Origin: a virus
Lineage: Duplodnaviria > Heunggongvirae > Uroviricota > Caudoviricetes
Length of the DNA: 48,195 bases
Virus record (IMG/VR): IMGVR_UViG_2519899780_000006
Reading direction: 5' to 3' (one strand)
Shown piece after piece: positions 29,681 to 37,951 of the stretch. Under the pieces are notes generated by a model, which was given only the letters and a program-made list of their open reading frames with translations, was not told the origin of the DNA and did not search any database. Numbering within the stretch: the stretch's first letter is position 1; each line of letters starts with the position of its first letter. A program made the position numbers and the translations under genes.

Positions 29681-30730
29681 TCAAACGATTAAATCCTGAA
29701 CTTCCCTGACTGTCTGCTCAAAACGTCCTGTCTCCAGTTCAACGCCAATCGCACGACGCCCGAGCGCCAGTGCCGCTTTTACCGTTGAACCCGACCCCAT
29801 GAAAAAATCCGCAACCAGATCACCAGGACGACTACTTGCGCTGATTATCTGCTGCAGCATTTCTGCCGGTTTTTCGCACGGATGTTTCCCGGGATAGAAC
29901 TGCACCGGTTTATGTGTCCACACATCCGTGTACGGCACCTGCGCCGTCACACCAAAATACCGCCGCAGATGTTTATATTCACTCTGCAGCTCCGCATACT
30001 GTCGGTTCAGTGAAGTATACGTATCCACCAGCTGGTGGTGGGGCTTTTCCAGTTCCCCCCGCTGATGCTTCTCTTCTGCCACCCTGGCAAACAGTGCCTG
30101 TAATTTCAGATAATCGCTTTCGTTCGGCAACTGCCACTGACTGGCACTGAACCAGTGCGACACCATGTTTTTCTTTCCTGTGGCATCTGCAATCTGTTTT
30201 GCCGTTATCCCAAGAGCAGCACGCGCATCACGAAAGTAAGAAATCAGCGGGGCCATCACATGCTGTTTCAGTGCCCTGCCCTTCGCCTCATCGCCATCAT
30301 CTTTCGGACGATACGGCCCCTGATAATGTTCCGCGAACAGAATGCGTTCTGTGGCCGGAAAATACGCCCGCAGGCTTTCCTTGTTGCACCCGTTCCAGCG
30401 TCCGGACGGCTTCGCCCAGATAATATGGTTCAGCACACTGAAGCGTTCACGCATCATGATTTCGATATCAGATGCCAGGCGATGACCACAGAACAGGTAA
30501 AGACTTCCGGCAGGTTTCAGCACCCGCCAGAACTGCGCCAGACACTGGTCCAGCCACTTCAGGTAATCATCGTCGCCCTTCCACTGGTTATCCCAGCCCT
30601 CAGGCTTCACTTTAAAGTACGGCGGGTCCGTAACTATCAGGTCAACAGAATTTTCGGGTAACGACCGGATAAATTCCAGGCAGTCGGCGTTGATTAACTC
30701 ACAACTGGATATTTTTACAGTATTAAGCAT
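29681..30730 (-). CDS. DNA methyltransferase, beta-class N6A/N4C (DPPY family)
   Basis: 349 aa; motif IV LIVTDPPYF near the N-terminus and motif I DFFMGSGSTV near the C-terminus. Confidence 0.8.
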   Translation of the reverse strand: MLNTVKISSCELINADCLEFIRSLPENSVDLIVTDPPYFKVKPEGWDNQWKGDDDYLKWLDQCLAQFWRVLKPAGSLYLFCGHRLASDIEIMMRERFSVLNHIIWAKPSGRWNGCNKESLRAYFPATERILFAEHYQGPYRPKDDGDEAKGRALKQHVMAPLISYFRDARAALGITAKQIADATGKKNMVSHWFSASQWQLPNESDYLKLQALFARVAEEKHQRGELEKPHHQLVDTYTSLNRQYAELQSEYKHLRRYFGVTAQVPYTDVWTHKPVQFYPGKHPCEKPAEMLQQIISASSRPGDLVADFFMGSGSTVKAALALGRRAIGVELETGRFEQTVREVQDLIV

Positions 30731-30865
30731 GGATCATTAAGCCTGTCTCTGATAGGCTCATTCTGCTTTTGCGTAAAGCAGTGGGCCTGAGGTTTGCTTG
30801 TGAACCCAACGCATGAGCAGATGGCTGGTGGGTGCCCCTAACACCCACCAGCCGCCCATTTACCA

Positions 30866-30894
30866 CAAATAAAAAAGCCTTCACTGCGGAAGGC
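30866..30894 (-). terminator. Intrinsic terminator at the end of the small post-Q ORF
   Basis: Hairpin gccttc...gaaggc (30877-30894) followed on the minus strand by UUUUUUAUUU. Confidence 0.4.
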
Positions 30895-31078
30895 GTCTGT
30901 AACAACCGAACTGATAGTCTGCCAGACCCGCCATAACCAGCTGGGTCAGTATTAACTGGCAGCGTTCGCGTGAAAGGTAAGTATTCTGCGCAATCTCCCC
31001 GACTGTCGCCGGGTCGGTAACGCTTAATTCATTAAACACCACTCTGGCGGTTTCTGTCATATCCTGCTGTTTTAGCAT
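30881..31078 (-). CDS. Hypothetical small protein
   Basis: 65 aa from ATG 31076-31078 (MLKQQDMTETARVV...); lies between two terminators downstream of Q. The ORF track gives a longer version from 31165. Confidence 0.3.
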   Translation of the reverse strand: MLKQQDMTETARVVFNELSVTDPATVGEIAQNTYLSRERCQLILTQLVMAGLADYQFGCYRRLPQ

Positions 31079-31198
31079 GTCTTTTTCCCTTTTCCGGTTA
31101 ACGTGACACACCAATAACTCTTGTCGAAAAAGCCAGCAAGCTGAAAGACAGGTATTCACCGCCACCAGCGCGTTTACTGTACTGACGCGATTTCAGTC

Positions 31199-31223
31199 AT
31201 AAAAAACCCGCCAGGCGGCGGGG
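31199..31223 (-). terminator. Candidate tR' terminator downstream of Q
   Basis: Hairpin CCCGCC GCCU GGCGGG followed by UUUUUU on the minus strand, about 80 nt after the Q stop. Confidence 0.45.
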
Positions 31224-31271
31224 TGTAAAAAATCTTCTAACGTCAGGCATAAAACGCCCATCGTTAGAGCA

Positions 31272-31299
31272 AATTTACCACAGATTCGGGAAAAATCAA
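31272..31299 (-). promoter_or_regulatory. Candidate late promoter pR'
   Basis: On the minus strand TTGATT (31294-31299), 16-nt spacer, TAAATT (31272-31277), immediately after the Q stop and before the hairpin above. Confidence 0.3.
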
Positions 31300-31304
31300 C
31301 AACA

Positions 31305-32126
31305 CTATCGCGTTACCCTCTTTAACTGCCGCTCCGCCCATGCCTCTTCAATGTCAAACCGAACCACCAACGTATCGTAAAAGCGTTTCACTGATTTTTT
31401 CCACGTATCAAGCGTGATAGCACTCGTCACTTTGCATATGGCATTAAATGCCTCCGTTGATGGTAGTCTTTCACAGCCACGACCACCACAACGCTGGCAG
31501 TCTCTGATAACAGGCATACCACGTTTTACCGACTCTTCACGATGAATGGCGACACCACGCCCACGGCAATCCTTACAGGCGGTGGAAACCTCACCCTTTC
31601 CGCCACACTCCGGACAGGCAACTTTTACCACCTCCCTGACTTTTTTCCATTCTTCCCAGTAAGACGGATACACACCTTTCGTACACTTTGCCCATACCGG
31701 CGGCTTACCATCCGGATACTGGATCTTGTTTGTAAAAACCTCGCTTTCAATAAATTTTTTTCCGTGACAGCAGGAGCACTGTTTTTTGCTCGCCGCGCTA
31801 CGGGCATAATCTTCAAACGCATACGAAGCCATAATACGCATCACTGCCGGTTTTATTTCTGCCGGGAGTTTTCTTAACGCCGCCACGCGATCACACCGCC
31901 TGAGTGCATATTCTGTCAGCAATTCTGTTGCCCGCTCTCTGTCATTCATACTAATGCCCATTTTCCCAAGGAACGCAGAAAACCCCATCTCAGCCCGATT
32001 CTGTGTCATGCCCTGCGCGGCCATCACATCAGTGATACTCAGCGCATCTTTCGACGTTGAGGCCGATGCATCAGTCAGGCCGGGGGATTTTGGGGAGTAG
32101 TATTTCGGTAAATCTTCCAGTTTCAT
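31305..32126 (-). CDS. Q: Late antiterminator, Q-like
   Basis: 273 aa with several CxxC pairs; sits upstream of the pR'/tR' candidates, the tRNA cluster and the lysis genes. Confidence 0.65.
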   Translation of the reverse strand: MKLEDLPKYYSPKSPGLTDASASTSKDALSITDVMAAQGMTQNRAEMGFSAFLGKMGISMNDRERATELLTEYALRRCDRVAALRKLPAEIKPAVMRIMASYAFEDYARSAASKKQCSCCHGKKFIESEVFTNKIQYPDGKPPVWAKCTKGVYPSYWEEWKKVREVVKVACPECGGKGEVSTACKDCRGRGVAIHREESVKRGMPVIRDCQRCGGRGCERLPSTEAFNAICKVTSAITLDTWKKSVKRFYDTLVVRFDIEEAWAERQLKRVTR

Positions 32127-32497
32127 TTTTTGACCTGCCCTTCAAGCATTATGGGGTAAATCTTCACCCCCAGACGTCCACCAGATACTGGCTGACCACG
32201 AACGATATTGATTTCATCAAACTGCTCATCGTCCATTAACACTCCCGCATGCGTCAGCGCATCCAGCGGTGCTTTCAGGATATTGTCCAGGTCGCGACGA
32301 CGCTTATCCGGTGGCTCTGCAATCACCTTTATCGCCAGCCTTCCGGACAGGCTTAATTTCAGCCGCTGCTGGCGAACAATAAGCGCCACAGCCCGGCGAT
32401 AACGCTTTCCCTCCTCCGAGATAAAATATGTGCTGCCACGGCGTCGCCAGTAAGTGTTCACCGTCGGCGGGTAAGGTAAAACCAAATCTATGAGCAT
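32123..32497 (-). CDS. rusA: Holliday junction resolvase RusA
   Basis: 124 aa, MLIDLVLPYPPTVNTYW...DLDNILKAPLDALTHAGVLMDDEQ, RusA family as recalled; directly upstream of Q. Confidence 0.85.
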   Translation of the reverse strand: MLIDLVLPYPPTVNTYWRRRGSTYFISEEGKRYRRAVALIVRQQRLKLSLSGRLAIKVIAEPPDKRRRDLDNILKAPLDALTHAGVLMDDEQFDEINIVRGQPVSGGRLGVKIYPIMLEGQVKK

Positions 32498-32509
32498 CAG
32501 TCACCTCTT

Positions 32510-33559
32510 TTACCCAAGCACGCCAGTTGCAAAGGCGTGATCAAGAAAACGAAAAATTAAATCAACCTGAGAACCATGCTTTTCTTCGAACGCCAGCGGA
32601 TCCGCATGAAGCTCGTTGTGATGCTCCCGACACAGCGGTAGCGTGAAAATATCGTGAGATTTTGTCCCCATTCCGCCCTGACCATGACCAATCAGGTGAT
32701 GGGGATCGTCGGCTGGCTTACCACAACACGCACACGGCTGTGTCTTCACCCAGCGTGTGTATTTCTCGTTAACCCAGCGGCGACGTTTAGGTCGTTTCAT
32801 GAAAGATTCCGGAGACTCAGGATCAACGGCAATGCTGACCACCGTCTTTTCCTGTGGTGGGTTCTGTTGCTGGTGGGCGTGAGGCAGCGGCGCAAGATTT
32901 TTTGTGCGCTGTTTCAGTATGCTGGTGGCGGTCTGCTCTCCCGGTACGATGTCGCTTTCACGGTACATTGAGCGGATTTTTTCCGCACGCAACCCCAGCG
33001 AACGACGTAATACCGCTTCCGGTAGCGCGTCCGCCACCTGATTGCGGACCGCCCACCAGGATAATTCAGCCAGCGATAATTCCCGTTCCTGCGAGCCATT
33101 CATTGCATGGCGTATGACGTCAATCATCCATGCAGACAGGTTTTGGTGAGCAAGTTGCCCGAGTGATTCGGATGTCTGGTCGCGCAGCTGGTTGTCGCAG
33201 TGCCAGCACAACACCATTGCGCCGGTACCATAACGGTGAATGACGGTTTCACTGTGGTGATAATCACCGTGTGGCCACTGGCAGGATTTAACATGGCGCA
33301 GTAACCAGTCAGACAATGCGCCAGCGCCACCAGCAGCACGAATCACTCGTTCGTCGCTGAAAAATGGCAGTAATGATTTATCCTCCGCCAGCGGCTGGCG
33401 AACGGCAGGAACGACCCCGGACGGCAGATTACGCATGCTTTTCGGTTCCGGCTCCACCAGTACCCGGGTATTGTGGAATACCGGCATGGATTCACGGCCC
33501 GGCTTAACGATCACCAGCCCGAGTTCCGGTACCAGAACAGGTCGAAGTAATACCCGCAC
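32510..33559 (-). CDS. Prophage protein with C-terminal Cys/His (HNH-like) motif, possibly DUF968/YdfU-like
   Basis: 349 aa; C-terminal CACCGKPADDPHHLIGHGQGG...CREHHNELH. Confidence 0.55.
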   Translation of the reverse strand: MRVLLRPVLVPELGLVIVKPGRESMPVFHNTRVLVEPEPKSMRNLPSGVVPAVRQPLAEDKSLLPFFSDERVIRAAGGAGALSDWLLRHVKSCQWPHGDYHHSETVIHRYGTGAMVLCWHCDNQLRDQTSESLGQLAHQNLSAWMIDVIRHAMNGSQERELSLAELSWWAVRNQVADALPEAVLRRSLGLRAEKIRSMYRESDIVPGEQTATSILKQRTKNLAPLPHAHQQQNPPQEKTVVSIAVDPESPESFMKRPKRRRWVNEKYTRWVKTQPCACCGKPADDPHHLIGHGQGGMGTKSHDIFTLPLCREHHNELHADPLAFEEKHGSQVDLIFRFLDHAFATGVLG

Positions 33560-33560
33560 G

Positions 33561-33839
33561 TTACCTCCAGATGCGTTGCTGGAATGTGCGGGACGGACGC
33601 GGTGGTCGTTCGGAGTAAGGAAGCCTGACGGAGATTATCCAGTGACGATAATCGAGGCTGAGGGCTTTCTTAATCTCGTATCCGTGTCTGCGGTAGCACT
33701 GAATTAGCCACTCGGCCTGTTCTTCAGTGCATGGGGGATGCTGGAACCAGTCAGATTTGAAAGTGCGGGAACGCCGCCCGTGCCTGCTGGCAGGGGCGGC
33801 AGAGTTATCCGAATTGTAAAATTTGGTATCGTGCGCCAT
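33561..33839 (-). CDS. Hypothetical small protein
   Basis: 92 aa from internal ATG 33837-33839 (MAHDTKFYNSDNS...); between hok and the 349-aa gene. The ORF track version runs to 33968. Confidence 0.35.
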   Translation of the reverse strand: MAHDTKFYNSDNSAAPASRHGRRSRTFKSDWFQHPPCTEEQAEWLIQCYRRHGYEIKKALSLDYRHWIISVRLPYSERPPRPSRTFQQRIWR

Positions 33840-34006
33840 CTGTTTTCTCTGCTGGCGCAGCAGGTGCCAGTTGTTCAGGCTGACGGATGGATTGTAAACC
33901 AGAACGACCAGAAAAAACAAAACCCGCCGAAGCGGGTTAAGTGCGGGTGCGTTGAGGATGCCTGACACATCAGCGGTGGCGAGGGATTTCTCCCCCGCCG
34001 GGTCTC

Positions 34007-34162
34007 TTACTCCTCAGGTTCGTAAGCTGTGAAGACAGCGACCTCCGTCTGGCCGGTTCGGATTCGTACCTCGCAGAGGTCTTTCCTCGTTACCAGTGCC
34101 GTCACTATGACGGTTAAACAGATGACGATCAGGGCGATTAACATCGCCTTTTGCTGCTTCAT
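34007..34162 (-). CDS. hokD: Hok/Gef-family type I toxin
   Basis: 51-aa ORF MKQQKAMLIALIVICLTVIVTALVTRKDLCEVRIRTGQTEVAVFTAYEPEE, hand-translated; absent from the ORF track (under 60 aa); matches HokD/RelF as recalled. Confidence 0.85.
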   Translation of the reverse strand: MKQQKAMLIALIVICLTVIVTALVTRKDLCEVRIRTGQTEVAVFTAYEPEE

Positions 34163-34420
34163 AGCCTGCTTCTCCTTGACCTTTCGGTCCGTAAGAGGCT
34201 AATCTCTATGTGTCGCATAGATATGGCCTCAGATTAATGTTAAGCGTCTTGCAGGACGCGTAATGTTAACTGGGGCTTTTCTCTATCTGCCTTTTGGTGT
34301 TCATGCCTGAGACAGATAGCCTCAAGCACCCGCAGTCATTCTACTTAACTAAGATTTCCCCGCAAACCGTTTTTGTCCGGCACAGTAAATATCCAACTAA
34401 ACCAATGGCGTTCGCTGTAT

Positions 34421-34600
34421 TTACCGCCAGTATTCAATGCACATGACCGCCATGAACACCCCTAAAAAAAGGGCATTTATATATCCAAATATTAATATCA
34501 AAACATCAACTTTTTCCATATACCTTGCTGTGAAGATGATGGGCATACATGATACGAACAACCAGAACGCAACAAACAAAAACTGCAATGCGTTTTTCAT
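34421..34600 (-). CDS. Hypothetical 59-aa two-TM membrane protein
   Basis: MKNALQFLFVAFWLFVSCMPIIFTARYMEKVDVLILIFGYINALFLGVFMAVMCIEYWR; AGGAGG 5-6 nt upstream of ATG 34598-34600; inside a markedly AT-rich islet. Confidence 0.45.
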   Translation of the reverse strand: MKNALQFLFVAFWLFVSCMPIIFTARYMEKVDVLILIFGYINALFLGVFMAVMCIEYWR

Positions 34601-34829
34601 TATTCCTCCTACAATCAATGTGCAATTACATTTAAACACACCTCAATTTGGCCGGACATATAAATATCTAAACCAGAAAAAATCACTTACATAGCGTTAC
34701 AAACTCTTTAGTCTAAATATTCATCGTAAAACATTCCCCATACTTATCAGCCCGTTCTGCGCCAGGTAGCTCATTGCCTTATCTGGGAATCTGTAATCAG
34801 GTTTCCGGATGCTGGTGGATTTTCGCGTT

Positions 34830-35087
34830 TTAGTTGTTCATAAAAGTGCACAGCTTTAACCAGTTCTTCTGATGTAACCGGGACTGGCGGGGCAGTGAAT
34901 AAGGCCTGAATTTCATAGTTCGGCCTGTCGTTACAATCCTCTTTTTTCGGTACATATTTCCAGTCACCAGACCACTACTTCCCCTGAAAGTCCGTAACGC
35001 CTTTTTTTTCACGTAGCGATATCGCCATGCCACTGTTTTTGCTTGTCCCGCCGTTTCATGCCCTTCCTGATAATTAACCTCGCTCAT
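34830..35087 (-). pseudogene. Probable decayed fragment of an ea22-like gene
   Basis: Begins MSEVNYQEGHETAGQ, like the N-termini of the two Ea22-like genes, then becomes basic low-complexity; a T8 homopolymer lies inside it. Confidence 0.3.
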
Positions 35088-35260
35088 TCATCGCCCCACT
35101 CATCACAATATGCTTCGACCGGAGTTTTTCCTGCTTCATAATCATCACGCCATGCTTCAGCATCAGCAGCACTGCCACCACGTAACTCTGCATAGTCCAT
35201 TAACAGTTCATGCCATGCTTCAAAACTGACGTTGTATTTAGTTGAACCAAAATCAGCCAT
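35084..35260 (-). CDS. Hypothetical highly acidic 58-aa protein
   Basis: Hand-translated MADFGSTKYNVSFEAWHELLMDYAELRGGSAADAEAWRDDYEAGKTPVEAYCDEWGDE; about 15 acidic versus 4 basic residues; not in the ORF track. Confidence 0.4.
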   Translation of the reverse strand: MADFGSTKYNVSFEAWHELLMDYAELRGGSAADAEAWRDDYEAGKTPVEAYCDEWGDE

Positions 35261-35435
35261 TTTGCTCTTCCTCTTCGTCTTTTATTTCGTGATATGAGTA
35301 ATTGCAGTAGTTAAAGAAAATATCTTTTGCTTCGTCATGTATTTCATCAGGCGTCGCATCATCATCCACTTCGAATTCATCCTCGAAATCTCCACCGGCT
35401 ATTCCCGTTTCAATAATTATTTTAAACTTTCGCAT
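35253..35435 (-). CDS. Hypothetical highly acidic 60-aa protein
   Basis: MRKFKIIIETGIAGGDFEDEFEVDDDATPDEIHDEAKDIFFNYCNYSYHEIKDEEEEQNG; about 20 acidic versus 5 basic residues. Confidence 0.4.
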   Translation of the reverse strand: MRKFKIIIETGIAGGDFEDEFEVDDDATPDEIHDEAKDIFFNYCNYSYHEIKDEEEEQNG

Positions 35436-35528
35436 TTAACTACCGCCCTTTCGGGCGGCCTCCTGATGTTCTGAGGGTGCAGAAATTCCTCCGGTTAAGG
35501 ATTAAATTTTTAACAGAGCTAAATTTAA

Positions 35529-35885
35529 TTATTCAGTTCTGGATTTTGTCGCCCTGCGTATCCGCGCTTTCGCGTTACGCTCAATCTGAATTAGCTTTTC
35601 TATATTTTTTCGCCTTTCCCGCTCCTCCTGGCGCAAGTGCCTTACATCATCTGCCAGTCTGGTTTCTCTTTTCGCCACAGAGAGCATCCAGTCAAATGGT
35701 TCCACAACTGCACCGCAGATTTTACAGCGGACCTGACGCTCTTTTTCGTCAACCCGGACAGAGGCGTGATGACAATATGGTCTTTCCGATGGCTCATAAA
35801 GAAAATTAACCTGATTACGAGGGTCATCCTCTTTTACCGGAAATAAAACGATATTGCTTAACTCATCCTCTGGTTTTATTTCCAT
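35529..35885 (-). CDS. Hypothetical protein with Cys/His zinc-ribbon-like motif
   Basis: 118 aa from ATG 35883-35885 (MEIKPEDE) with AGGAGAGGAG upstream; CHHASVRVDEKERQVRCKICG. Confidence 0.45.
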   Translation of the reverse strand: MEIKPEDELSNIVLFPVKEDDPRNQVNFLYEPSERPYCHHASVRVDEKERQVRCKICGAVVEPFDWMLSVAKRETRLADDVRHLRQEERERRKNIEKLIQIERNAKARIRRATKSRTE

Positions 35886-36016
35886 GCTCCTCTCCTTTGA
35901 TGCGAATGCCAGCGGTAATTGAAGCCTGATAGCTAATTTCACTCACAGTACCGCCTCCTGAAAATTTAATGAACAATTCAATACGTTCTTTGGTAATAGT
36001 GGTCATGTGTTACTCC

Positions 36017-36280
36017 TTAACCCGCAGTGCTTTCAACTGATGAGGGGAACAAAATCTTTTCATCAAACCCTGCATTCATATCATGAACAGCAACACACCA
36101 ATCCATCGACGAACGATTATCAAGAGCCTCCATGATTTCATCCATGCGGCGCAGGTCATACAGGTAAATGCTTTTATCGCCAATGGTGTAAAAACCAATT
36201 TTTTTCGGTGATGGGCAGCGATCAAGAACGTCCTGTAATTCGTTCAACCATGCCCGTTCTTTTTTTGTTAAAGTTGCCAT
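36017..36280 (-). CDS. Hypothetical protein
   Basis: 87 aa from MATLTKKERAWLNELQ (ATG 36278-36280), start coupled to the upstream stop. Confidence 0.45.
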   Translation of the reverse strand: MATLTKKERAWLNELQDVLDRCPSPKKIGFYTIGDKSIYLYDLRRMDEIMEALDNRSSMDWCVAVHDMNAGFDEKILFPSSVESTAG

Positions 36281-36281
36281 A

Positions 36282-36689
36282 TCACTCTCCTTTCCCATGA
36301 AGCATAGCGGCGCGGCAGGCGTTCCATATTTCGGCAGCAATATCGCGCTCGCTATCGGTTAATTTGTACGTGGAAACATAGCCAGAGAGCATTTCTACGT
36401 TTTCCGGAGTTGCTTCTTCCGGCACTATCGGCGCTGGAGGGGCGGCAAATAGATATCCGCCAAAGTCAGGAAGCTCTCCAATGGCCTGTACGAACTTTTG
36501 TTTGCCTACGTCAACTCCTAATGGGTAATGAGCTATAATCTTTGCCACCGGCTCTGCTTCCAGCGATACCAGTGCAATTCGTGCCAGTTCTTCCGCTTCT
36601 TCTGCTGGCAGTACAACGTTGCTACCCGGTCCGTATGTTTCGCGCCACTGCTTGATTGTCAGCAGTCGCCCTTTGGTAATAGTGATCAT
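36282..36689 (-). CDS. Hypothetical protein
   Basis: 135-aa ORF in the tightly packed nin-like array. Confidence 0.5.
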   Translation of the reverse strand: MITITKGRLLTIKQWRETYGPGSNVVLPAEEAEELARIALVSLEAEPVAKIIAHYPLGVDVGKQKFVQAIGELPDFGGYLFAAPPAPIVPEEATPENVEMLSGYVSTYKLTDSERDIAAEIWNACRAAMLHGKGE

Positions 36690-36765
36690 GCCGCGTTTCC
36701 TTCTTTCTTATTAACAATCACACCGTCATATATTTCATTAAGGTGCCCTCTCAACTCCATGCGCC

Positions 36766-37200
36766 TTAATGCAGATAACATGTAATCGCATTCAACCTGC
36801 TTATTCCCAGTAAATGGCTTATCGTCAGGATTACCCCAACAGCAATTACCCCTGGGCCATCCATGTACTTTCCGTACTCTTCCGTTAACAACGTGAAGTA
36901 TCCCCAGCCGGGAGGTAAATCCTCAACTGAAATAATTTCCGGCTCACTAATAAAGAATCGCCAGTCGCCCATGCCAAGTGAGGGATTTTTACGGAAACGC
37001 TTTTTTCTATCTGCCAACAAGTCAGCACGAGAACACTTCGCCTCTATCAGGCATGATGCTGAATTTCTGAATCCCATAGCATCTGGCTGTTCTCCGGTAC
37101 TGGTTACAGCAACAAAGCGGTCATGAAAGCAAACCTTGAACCCGTTGCGCTTAAGGAACTTGTACGCAATCTGACAGAGTTCGCGGTGTGTTAACGCCAT
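36766..37200 (-). CDS. Hypothetical protein
   Basis: 144 aa; D...EAK pattern (DAMGF...CLIEAKCSRADL) is a weak hint of a PD-(D/E)XK nuclease-like fold. Confidence 0.45.
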   Translation of the reverse strand: MALTHRELCQIAYKFLKRNGFKVCFHDRFVAVTSTGEQPDAMGFRNSASCLIEAKCSRADLLADRKKRFRKNPSLGMGDWRFFISEPEIISVEDLPPGWGYFTLLTEEYGKYMDGPGVIAVGVILTISHLLGISRLNAITCYLH

Positions 37201-37201
37201 A

Positions 37202-37951
37202 TCACTCTCCTTTGATGCGAATGCCAGCGGCGCGGATTGCAGCGATGACTTCAGAAACTTTGTATGCCATTACCGTTTGGTAATCATCGTGAAAATCTGT
37301 TCGATGAAGCATGCTGCTACGTTCCGGGAGCGATATTTCCCGAGCATCCAGTTCCTTAACGCGTTCCTCCAGTTCGTAGACCCTGCATTGTTCTCTATCA
37401 TCAATCAGATATAACCCAAGACATTCGCTTTCTACCCAACCGCCAAAATCATGATCGTAACGCTCACATGAAAACTCACCGTCACCGTCCTTTGTTGGAA
37501 TGGTGTAACTATCTAATGGGCCACCATATGTCGGCACATTCCCCAATGTTGGATGCTCAATCCACATGAAAAATGCACGTCCGGTTATTGGGCAAATATC
37601 TGGCCGCCATTGGTTACGAACAGCCTTGGTTTCGGATAATTCTTCAGCGTGTTGTTTTACTTCCTCAAGCTCAACTCTCAGCTTCCCTACCGTTAGCGCA
37701 ATATCCTCGTTCTCCTGGTCGCGGCGTTTGATGTATTGCTGGTTCCTTTCCCGTTCATCCAGTAGTGCCAGCACGGTTTCTGGTCCGGTCAGAAATTTGA
37801 AGGCATTGAGCGCATCAATATCCACACCGTAATCTTTAAGTTCCTGTTCACTTAACAAATCATCATCAGTTGGCAACATTAACAGGCGTTCCATTGCTGG
37901 AATTGCACGTTCTGCTGCCTCACGCAGTGCCTGGTAATTAATTTCGCTCAC
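37202..37951 (-). CDS. Ea22-like protein (paralogue 1)
   Basis: 249 aa; N-terminus MSEINYQALREAAERA shared with the next gene; coiled-coil middle. Confidence 0.5.
   Translation of the reverse strand: MSEINYQALREAAERAIPAMERLLMLPTDDDLLSEQELKDYGVDIDALNAFKFLTGPETVLALLDERERNQQYIKRRDQENEDIALTVGKLRVELEEVKQHAEELSETKAVRNQWRPDICPITGRAFFMWIEHPTLGNVPTYGGPLDSYTIPTKDGDGEFSCERYDHDFGGWVESECLGLYLIDDREQCRVYELEERVKELDAREISLPERSSMLHRTDFHDDYQTVMAYKVSEVIAAIRAAGIRIKGE

Noticed and set aside
35946-36005. 47-aa ORF (MTTITKERIELF...) upstream of the zinc-ribbon gene
   Set aside because: It reads through the start of the next gene in another frame and ends in the duplicated Ea22 C-terminal segment; more likely a recombination scar than a gene.
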